From assembly GCA_965228475.1 (NCBI GenBank), contig OZ245817.1, positions 2,516,209 to 2,580,208 on the forward strand: 64,000 bases of DNA, given 5' to 3'. The number at the start of each line of letters is the position of its first letter. The first letter of the stretch is position 1. Positions 17,215 through 23,888 of the stretch are shown here, piece by piece. Under the pieces are notes generated by a model that was not told the DNA's origin, searched no databases, and saw only the letters and a program-made list of their open reading frames with translations. The translations under genes were made by a program, and so were the position numbers. The DNA is from Myxococcota bacterium (GTDB lineage: Bacteria; Myxococcota_A; UBA9160; JAFDDA01).

Positions 17215-17973
17215 ATGCGACTCCGACAGATCGCCCTCGCCGCCCACGTGCTCGAAGACGCGACCGACGCCTTCGAGGCCGTCCTCGGGATCGACGTCGC
17301 CTTCCAGGACCCCGGCGTCGCCGTGTTCGGCCTCGAGAACGCCGTCATGCCCCTCGGCCAGGAGTTCCTCGAGGTCGTCTGCCCGACCGCCGAGGCCGCG
17401 CCCGCGCGCCGCTACCTCGAACGCCGCGGTGGCGACTGCGGCTACATGGTCATGGTGCAGACGGAGGGCTGGGAGGCCGACCGCGCCCGCGCCGAGGCCC
17501 AGGGCATCCGCGTCGTCTGGGAGGCCGAGCTGCCCGACATCCGCGGCATGCACTTCCATCCGCGCGACACGGGCGGTGCGCTCCTCTCTCTCGACCAGCC
17601 CGACCCGCCGGAGTCCTGGCGGTGGGCCGGGAAGCGCTGGACCGAGCACGTGCGGACGGAGCGCGTGGTCGGCCTGCGCGGCGTCACGGTCGCCTGCCTC
17701 GAGCCCGGCGTCGTCGCCGCACGCTGGGGCGAGCTGCTCGACCTCACGCCCAGTGCGGGCGACGCCCTCCCGCGACTCGATCTCGAGGACACCTTCATCG
17801 AGTTCTCGACGGCGGCCAGCGCCCCCGAAGAAGGCGTCGTCTGCGTCACGCTGCGCGTGCGGGACGCGGCCGCGATCCTCGCCGCCGCCCGGGAACGAGG
17901 GCTCCCAACGGACGACACGAGCTTCACCGCGACGGGAACCCGGTTCCGGCTCGAGGCCGAAGACGCCGCTTGA
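17215..17973 (+). CDS. VOC/glyoxalase-like domain protein
   Basis: ATG lies 3 nt after the previous stop. MRLRQIALAAHVLEDATDAFEAVLGIDVAFQDPGV...FLEVVCP resembles a glyoxalase-like fold. The assignment is weak. Confidence 0.55.
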   Translation: MRLRQIALAAHVLEDATDAFEAVLGIDVAFQDPGVAVFGLENAVMPLGQEFLEVVCPTAEAAPARRYLERRGGDCGYMVMVQTEGWEADRARAEAQGIRVVWEAELPDIRGMHFHPRDTGGALLSLDQPDPPESWRWAGKRWTEHVRTERVVGLRGVTVACLEPGVVAARWGELLDLTPSAGDALPRLDLEDTFIEFSTAASAPEEGVVCVTLRVRDAAAILAAARERGLPTDDTSFTATGTRFRLEAEDAA

Positions 17974-17978
17974 AGACC

Positions 17979-17994
17979 GGCCGCGAACGCGGCC
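17979..17994. terminator. GC hairpin between convergent genes
   Basis: GGCCGCG aa CGCGGCC, a 7-bp stem, fills the 21-nt gap between the two stops. There is no U-tract. Confidence 0.4.
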
Positions 17995-18396
17995 TCAGGG
18001 CTCGCGAATCTCGATCTCGATCTTCGCGACCTTGTTTCCGTAGGAGTCGCCCTGGTAGGCGGCGAAGGAGACCGGCAGGCTGTCGCCCTCCTCGAAGGGC
18101 TGCCCGTCGTAGAGGAACGAGTTCCGGTAGTCGAGCGTGGCGCGCGAGAGCGCCGTCCCGGCCGGGTCGTAGAGCGTGTAGACCATGTACCCGATCGGAT
18201 CCTCGAGCCGGCGGGTCATGGTGGCCTCCCACTTCACGACCTTGCCGCCGATCACGACCTGCTCCCATTCCTCGAAGCGCACGATGTCCGCTCCCGCGCC
18301 CGTGACGACGACGTCCGGCATGTCCGCCGGCGCGCAGGCAGCGACGGACACCGCGAGGACCGTCGCGAGGGCCGCTCTCGACGACCGCAACGCCAT
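17995..18396 (-). CDS. Small lipoprotein (133 aa), last gene of the SPFH operon
   Basis: Signal plus lipobox MALRSSRAALATVLAVSVAAC. Its ATG lies 2 nt after the SPFH gene stop. Confidence 0.6.
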   Translation of the reverse strand: MALRSSRAALATVLAVSVAACAPADMPDVVVTGAGADIVRFEEWEQVVIGGKVVKWEATMTRRLEDPIGYMVYTLYDPAGTALSRATLDYRNSFLYDGQPFEEGDSLPVSFAAYQGDSYGNKVAKIEIEIREP

Positions 18397-18398
18397 GG

Positions 18399-19529
18399 CT
18401 AGCGCTCGGGCTCCGGCGGCGGCGGCGGGACCCGGTTGAAGAGCGCCGCGACCGAGGGCACCTCCTGCGCAGCCACCCAGGCCGGCATGCCGACCGCCCA
18501 GACCAGCGTCGTCGGAAGCACGCGCCCGTTCACGACGGCTTCTGCGAGCTGGGCCGGAGACAGCGGCCCCGAGGCGGCGCCGTTTTCGACCACGTGCCAG
18601 ACGGTGACCGCGGGCGGCGGAGGCGGCGGGGCCGCCTGGGGTGCGGGACCGGCCGGCCCGGGCGTTCCGCCCTGCACGCCCGGCGTCATGTTCTGGGCGT
18701 AGGCCATGCCCATGCCCAGACCGACACCCGCGGCCGCGAGACCACCCGCCGGATTCTCGGCCGCCGAGGGGATGGCGGCGCCGAGCTGATACTGCTGGAA
18801 GTTCGTGAGGTCCCCGACCACGTTCATGCCCGTCCGCGCATCGATGGCCTTCTCGACCTCCGGCGGGAGCGAGATGTTCACGATGTAGAGCTGCGGGATG
18901 TCGAGGCCGTACTCATCGTCGATCTTCGTGACGACGCGCTGGCGAAGCTCTTCCGAGAGCTCCTGGTAGTTCTCCGCCAGGTCGAGGGCGGCGATCTCCG
19001 CGCTCGCCACGAGCTCCGCGAAGGTGTGATTGATGATCGAGCGCAGGAGCTCGCTGATCTCGTCGGCCTCGAAGTTCGCGTCCGTCCCGACGAGCTCGCG
19101 CAGGAGCGCCCGAGGGTCCTGGGCCTTCAGCGTGTAGGTGCCGAAGGCGCGCAGGCGGATCGGCCCGAAGTCGATGTCGCGCATCATCACCGGGTTCGGC
19201 GTGCCCCACTTGAGGTCCGGGATCTGCCGGGTGCTGACGAAGTAGACCTCGGCCATGAAGGGGCTGTCGAAGCCGTACTTCCAGCCCTGGAGCGTCGAGA
19301 GGATCGGCAGGTTCTTCGTCTCGAGCCGGTACTGACCGGGCTCGAAGACGTCGGCGATCTGCCCCTGGCGGACGAAGATGGCCGCCTGGCCGGGCCGCAC
19401 GATCAGCTGGGCGCCGTACTTGATCTGGTTGTGGTAGCGCGGGAAGCGCCACACCAGCGTGTGACGGCTGTCGTCCACCCATTCGATGATGTCGATCAGC
19501 TCGCCGCGAAGCTTGTCCATGAAACCCAT
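18399..19529 (-). CDS. SPFH/band-7 (YdjI/COG4260-like) protein with a C-terminal GYF_2 domain
   Basis: MGFMDKLRGELIDIIEWVDDSRHTLVWRFPRYHNQIKYGAQLIVRPGQAAIFV is the typical N-terminus of this SPFH subfamily. After a Pro-rich linker, WHVVENGAASGPLSPAQLAEAVVNGRVLPTTLVWAVGMPAWVAAQEVPSVAALF is GYF_2-like. SD AGGGAG is present. Confidence 0.85.
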   Translation of the reverse strand: MGFMDKLRGELIDIIEWVDDSRHTLVWRFPRYHNQIKYGAQLIVRPGQAAIFVRQGQIADVFEPGQYRLETKNLPILSTLQGWKYGFDSPFMAEVYFVSTRQIPDLKWGTPNPVMMRDIDFGPIRLRAFGTYTLKAQDPRALLRELVGTDANFEADEISELLRSIINHTFAELVASAEIAALDLAENYQELSEELRQRVVTKIDDEYGLDIPQLYIVNISLPPEVEKAIDARTGMNVVGDLTNFQQYQLGAAIPSAAENPAGGLAAAGVGLGMGMAYAQNMTPGVQGGTPGPAGPAPQAAPPPPPPAVTVWHVVENGAASGPLSPAQLAEAVVNGRVLPTTLVWAVGMPAWVAAQEVPSVAALFNRVPPPPPEPER

Positions 19530-19548
19530 CGGTTGCGTCTCCCTATCC

Positions 19549-19572
19549 CTGATTCGTCGCCTGATTCGTCGC
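19549..19572. repeat. Perfect tandem duplication of a 12-mer (CTGATTCGTCGC x2) in the Zn-ribbon/SPFH intercistronic spacer
   Basis: 19549-19560 and 19561-19572 are identical. On the coding (minus) strand this reads GCGACGAATCAG x2, just upstream of the SPFH SD. Confidence 0.8.
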
Positions 19573-19594
19573 GCCGGTGCGTCGAGCCCCCGCG

Positions 19595-20506
19595 CTAGTC
19601 GAGCAGTTCCCAGATCAATCCGAGCACGCTGCGGCCGAACAGGCCGCCTCCCCCTCGGCGTTCGTGGCTCCAGTCCATCTGGAAGTCCGGTCGCGGGCGC
19701 TGCGGCGGCGGCTCGAGGGCCGGCTCCGGCGGCACGCCGCCCTGTTCGAGGATGAAGCCCGCGATGGCCTCGAGTTCGTCCGCGTCGAGCCACGTGCCGT
19801 GGTCGTGGCAGTGGTCGAGGATCACGCCGGAGCACTTCCGGTAGTTCTTCCGGTGCATGAAGGCTTCGCAGACGGGGCACTTCCGGTACCGGACGCTCTG
19901 CCGGTACGGGTTCGCACCGGCTCTTCGCGGTGCGCGCCCGGGCAGCTCCCCTTCCTCGGCCTTGCGTACGGCATCGACGGCTCGGGCCACGAGCTGTTCG
20001 AAGCGGTCTCCCGCCACCCAGAGCCCGTTGCAGTTCGGACACTCGTTGGCCGGGATGTCGCCGACCTGGCGCGAGGGCATGAGCCCGCCGCAATCCGGGC
20101 ACGGAAGCTCGTGCTCGCCCGCGACGACCGGCTGGGGGTCGAAGCCGACCCCGCAGGCCGTACAGAAACGGGAATCTTCGGCATTGCGGGCGAAGCACTC
20201 GGGACAGAGCAGCGAGAGCGCGCCCTCGCGGACGACGGGCGCCGCGCAGTAGTCGCAGACCTCCGCGTCCTCGCCGAGTCCGGCGCCGCAGGAGCCGCAG
20301 CGCACGACCCGGGCATCGATCGGCGCATGGACCTCGTTCGCGACCTTCGCGCCGCACGGGCAGGAAAGCTCCGGATCCGTCACGTGCGTGACGTCGAACT
20401 GGCGGTGGCACGTTCCGCAGGCGACCAGGCGCAAGTTGCGTCTCCCTGGAGGCGCACGGAGCACCCCCTCGGCCGGGCGCGTTCCGCCCGGCACCGCCCC
20501 TTGCAT
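19595..20506 (-). CDS. Multi-zinc-ribbon protein (double Zn-ribbon plus two TFIIB-type zf modules)
   Basis: Repeated CxxC pairs are present. LPCPDCGGLMPSRQVGDIPANECPNCNGLWVAGDRFEQLV and KCPVCEAFMHRKNYRKCSGVILDHCHDHGTWLDADELEAI fit the zf-TFIIB pattern (C-P-x-C...C-x-x-C-x-G-x-W-l-D). The exact start is uncertain. Confidence 0.7.
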   Translation of the reverse strand: MQGAVPGGTRPAEGVLRAPPGRRNLRLVACGTCHRQFDVTHVTDPELSCPCGAKVANEVHAPIDARVVRCGSCGAGLGEDAEVCDYCAAPVVREGALSLLCPECFARNAEDSRFCTACGVGFDPQPVVAGEHELPCPDCGGLMPSRQVGDIPANECPNCNGLWVAGDRFEQLVARAVDAVRKAEEGELPGRAPRRAGANPYRQSVRYRKCPVCEAFMHRKNYRKCSGVILDHCHDHGTWLDADELEAIAGFILEQGGVPPEPALEPPPQRPRPDFQMDWSHERRGGGGLFGRSVLGLIWELLD

Positions 20507-20564
20507 CGGCCCCGCGCCCGACCCTCTTGACCACGCACCGGGCGGCAGGAAACCGGCAACTCCG

Positions 20565-20575
20565 TGGTAGGATCC
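20565..20575 (+). promoter_or_regulatory. Extended -10-like element TGGTAGGATCC
   Basis: It lies 70 nt upstream of the lipoprotein ATG 20645. The identical 11-mer recurs at 23821-23831 upstream of the giant PEP-CTERM gene. Confidence 0.35.
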
Positions 20576-20644
20576 GCGGTCTTTCGCGGGCCCTCGGCCC
20601 GCGCCCGAAGTGGCCCGCGATCGGAATGCTCAGGAAGGAGTGCC

Positions 20645-21727
20645 ATGAGACCCGCGGCTCGCAGCGCGGCGCGCATCACCCTCGCGGGCCTGGCCCTGCT
20701 GTCGACCGGCTGCCAGCTCGTCGGGCCGCGCACGGTCGACATCGGCCGGGTTCACTACAACACGGTCATCCAGCGCACCGGGAACGAGCAGATGCTGCTC
20801 AACCTGGTCCGTCTGCGGTACAGCGACACGCCCTTCTTCCTTCAGGTGGCGAGCATCTCCACGGCCTTCGAGTTCAAGACCGGGGCGAACGTGGGCATCG
20901 GCGTGAGTCCCGGGACGTACCTGTTCGGCGGCGACGTCGAGCTCGCCGAACAGCCGACCGTCACGTACACGCCGCTCGAGGGCGAGCAGTTCGTGAAGAG
21001 CGTGCTCACCCCGATCGACCTCGCGACGGTGCTCCTGCTCTATCACTCCGGCTGGGCCATCGACCGGCTCCTGCGCATCACCGTCCAGGAGATGAACGAC
21101 GTCCCGAACGCGCCGAGCGCATCGGGCCCGACGCCCAAGACCGCGCCCGAGTACGAGACGTTCCTGGGCGTCGCCGAGGCCCTCCGAGAGCTCCAGTCGC
21201 GCGGCGACATCTCCCTGGCCGGCCGCGCCGGCCCGTCCGGCACCGAACTCCAGCTCACCTTGGAGCCCGACGCCGTCGGCAGCCCCGCTCACCGGGCCTT
21301 CGCTTCGGGTCTCCGGCTCGATCCGGCCCTCGCCCAGTACCGTTTGGTGACGGACGCCGGCCTGCGGGAGCCGGATCAGATCTCGGTCGTCACGCGCTCC
21401 CTGATGGCGTCCTTTTTCTACGTGTCGCAGGGCGTCGAGGTCCCGGAGGAGGACGAAACCGCCGGCCGGGTCAACACGACGCGCACGGCGGCCGGCGAGC
21501 GCTTCGACTGGAACTTCATCCAGGACGATCTTTTCCGGGTCCACCAGGCCGAGCACCTGCCGGACCAGGCGTCCGTGAGCACCCATTATCGGGAACGGTG
21601 GTTCTACATCGCCGACGCCGACCTCGAATCCGAATCTACATTCGCGTTGCTCATGCAGCTCTTCTCCCTCCAATCGGGAAACGTGCCCTCGAGCGCCCCC
21701 CTGCTGACCCTCCCGGTCAGCCGCTAG
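20645..21727 (+). CDS. Hypothetical lipoprotein (360 aa)
   Basis: SD AGGAAGGAG is present. Signal plus lipobox MRPAARSAARITLAGLALLSTGC. No family recognised. Confidence 0.7.
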   Translation: MRPAARSAARITLAGLALLSTGCQLVGPRTVDIGRVHYNTVIQRTGNEQMLLNLVRLRYSDTPFFLQVASISTAFEFKTGANVGIGVSPGTYLFGGDVELAEQPTVTYTPLEGEQFVKSVLTPIDLATVLLLYHSGWAIDRLLRITVQEMNDVPNAPSASGPTPKTAPEYETFLGVAEALRELQSRGDISLAGRAGPSGTELQLTLEPDAVGSPAHRAFASGLRLDPALAQYRLVTDAGLREPDQISVVTRSLMASFFYVSQGVEVPEEDETAGRVNTTRTAAGERFDWNFIQDDLFRVHQAEHLPDQASVSTHYRERWFYIADADLESESTFALLMQLFSLQSGNVPSSAPLLTLPVSR

Positions 21728-21793
21728 CCGCCTCCCGTCCGCCACGACAGCGCCACGACAGGCGTTGACGCATCGGCCGCCAGACCTGTAAAA

Positions 21794-21818
21794 GGAAAGG
21801 GCCGTCGGGGGCCTTTTG
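21794..21818 (+). terminator. Putative intrinsic terminator
   Basis: AAAGGGCC gtcg GGGGCCTTTT: an imperfect stem (one bulge) followed by a T-run, in a locally AT-richer spacer. Confidence 0.5.
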
Positions 21819-21875
21819 CCTCCTACTCAGCTTTTGCGCGGAAACCGACCGAGCTGTCCGGTTTAGGGGGATTGT

Positions 21876-23729
21876 ATGCGCGTGCCTCATCGACCTCTGT
21901 TCATTGCTTTCGCTCTCGTTGCCATGCACTTTCAGATCGGTGTGGGCTGCGCAGAGCCGCTCACCATCAACGTGACCTCACCGAGCCACGGCGAGTTCTC
22001 GACCGCCAGCTCGATCACGATCACCGGGTCCGTGACGGGCGTGCAGCCGGCCAACGCCGCGCTGACCATCAACGGCTCGCCGGTGACGGTCGCCGGGAAC
22101 TCGACCTTCTCCGCGAACGTCGCCCTCGATGGCAACATCGTGTTCAACCCGTTCCTGCTCGAACTCACGAACACCAACACGAACGTCACGATCCGCGATC
22201 GGATCGTGGTGATCGCCGGTGAGTCGGTCGCGGACGGAGCCCTGTCCGAGGACAGCATCGCGCTGCGCCTGAACGACTCGGGCCTCGACTCCATCGAAGG
22301 GGTCGTGAGCAGCCTGGTCAACTTCGACCTCGCCACGCTCCTCCCGGTCGGGACGGCGGTGATCAACGACTTCTGCGCGATCGACGGCGGCTTCCTCGGC
22401 TGCCTCGGCAGCGTGGACGTCGTGATCGCCAACCCGACGCCGAGCATCTCGGGCTTCTCGATCGACATCGACTCGCTGGTGAACGCCGCCGCGGGCGACG
22501 TCACGATCAACGACCTCGACGTCCGGGCGCAGATCAACGGCTCGGGCATCGCCCCGAGCTGCGGGCTCCGCCTCACCGCGAACTCGCTCGACATCCTCGG
22601 GGACTACACCCTCGAGCCCGACGCTCTTGGCGACGCGATCGACGTGAACCTCATCACGTCGCCGCCGGGCATCGTGTTCTCGGGCTTCAACAGCGAGTTC
22701 ACGAGCGGCCTGTGCGACTTCCCGCTGATCGGCAGCCTGATTCAGCTGATCATCGGCGACGTCCAGCCGATCGTCGTGAACGGCCTCCGGGACTTCCTGG
22801 ACGATCCGGACGGGGCCGGCCCCGCGGACGCCCCGCTCGCGGAAGGCATCGAGACGGCTCTGGCCGAGATCTCGATCGCCGGCCCGATCGGCGAGGGCCT
22901 CGGCCTGAACCTCGAGGCGCCGCTGTTCGCCGTGGACGAGGACAACGCGGGCATCACCCTCGGGTCCGATGGCCGCATCACCTCGACGCCGTGCACCCCG
23001 CCGCCGAACGCGCCGGACCTGCTGGCTTCCCTGGCCGTGCCGGAGCCGTTCCCGAGCTTCGGGGCGCTCACGCCGGGCGGCCTGCCCTACGGCCTCGGCA
23101 TCTGCGTCTCGACGGCGGCCTTCAACCAGCTGCTGAAGGCCGAGACCGAGTGCGGCCTGCTCCAGACCACGCTGACGGAGCTCGACCTCGATGGGCCCGG
23201 CGGCAACCCGCCGCTGCCCATCACCGCAGCCGTCCTCGCGACGTTCATCCCCGAACTGGCCAACGCCGACCCGTCGACGCCCTTCGCGATCAATCTGATC
23301 CCGACCCTGGCGCCGGCCCTGACCGGCAACCCGGGGCCTGCGGGTGAGATTGCCGAGCTCCGGCTTGGCGGTCTGGTCGTCGAGGTCGTCGAGACCATCG
23401 GAGGCCAGAAGATCATCGACGGTCAGGTCGACTTCCGCGCCGGCCTGGACTTCAGCTTCGACAGCCAGACCAGCGAGCTCGTGCCGACCATCGGCGCGGT
23501 GGGCGCCGGGGACATCAACGTCGACATCGTGAACAACACGGTGATGACGAACCCGACCCAGCTCGCCTTCATCCTGGAGATCCTGCTGCCGGGCCTGCTG
23601 CCCACCCTGGGCGACTCGCTCGGCTCGTTCCCGCTGCCGGAACTGCTGGGCCTCCAGATCCAGGGCGTGTCCGTCGAGCAGAACGGCGAGTTCGTCTCGC
23701 TCTTCGCCGACCTGGTCCCGACTCCCTAG
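21876..23729 (+). CDS. Secreted protein (617 aa) with an N-terminal Ig-like domain
   Basis: Signal peptide MRVPHRPLFIAFALVAMHFQIGVGCA. ITITGSVTG...LTINGSPVTVAGNSTFSANVALDGNIVF has the usual bacterial Ig-like pattern. The rest is unassigned, Arg-poor and Asn/Thr-rich compared with its neighbours. Confidence 0.75.
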   Translation: MRVPHRPLFIAFALVAMHFQIGVGCAEPLTINVTSPSHGEFSTASSITITGSVTGVQPANAALTINGSPVTVAGNSTFSANVALDGNIVFNPFLLELTNTNTNVTIRDRIVVIAGESVADGALSEDSIALRLNDSGLDSIEGVVSSLVNFDLATLLPVGTAVINDFCAIDGGFLGCLGSVDVVIANPTPSISGFSIDIDSLVNAAAGDVTINDLDVRAQINGSGIAPSCGLRLTANSLDILGDYTLEPDALGDAIDVNLITSPPGIVFSGFNSEFTSGLCDFPLIGSLIQLIIGDVQPIVVNGLRDFLDDPDGAGPADAPLAEGIETALAEISIAGPIGEGLGLNLEAPLFAVDEDNAGITLGSDGRITSTPCTPPPNAPDLLASLAVPEPFPSFGALTPGGLPYGLGICVSTAAFNQLLKAETECGLLQTTLTELDLDGPGGNPPLPITAAVLATFIPELANADPSTPFAINLIPTLAPALTGNPGPAGEIAELRLGGLVVEVVETIGGQKIIDGQVDFRAGLDFSFDSQTSELVPTIGAVGAGDINVDIVNNTVMTNPTQLAFILEILLPGLLPTLGDSLGSFPLPELLGLQIQGVSVEQNGEFVSLFADLVPTP

Positions 23730-23752
23730 GGGCCCGCGTCTCCGAGCCTGCG

Positions 23753-23806
23753 CCCCCGTGACGGGACGATCCCAGATCGTCCTCGTCACGGGGGCTTTCT
23801 CGTTCT
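23753..23806 (+). terminator. Strong intrinsic terminator
   Basis: CCCCCGTGACGGGACGATC cca GATCGTCC(t)CGTCACGGGGG forms a roughly 19-bp stem with one bulge, followed by CTTTCTCGTTCT. Confidence 0.7.
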
Positions 23807-23820
23807 GGCCCGGCGGTTTC

Positions 23821-23831
23821 TGGTAGGATCC
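23821..23831 (+). promoter_or_regulatory. Extended -10-like element TGGTAGGATCC (second copy)
   Basis: It lies downstream of the terminator, 58 nt before ATG 23889 and 5 nt before the alternative GTG 23835. Confidence 0.35.
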
Positions 23832-23888
23832 CGGGTGGCGAAGGGGCCACCGCCGCGCGTCCGACCGGGCGCCGGCCGGAAACCGCCC

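Noticed and set aside
21765-21794. TTGACG-N18-TAAAAG promoter-like pair in the AT-richer spacer
   Set aside because: It would fire directly into the terminator-like hairpin at 21794-21818, and no gene starts before 21876. It is more likely chance or part of the terminator context.
23835-23888. Alternative GTG start for the giant protein, 5 nt after the TAGGAT element
   Set aside because: It cannot be excluded: it would fit the leaderless pattern and would merely lengthen the signal n-region. ATG 23889 gives a canonical signal peptide, so I used it and record the alternative here.
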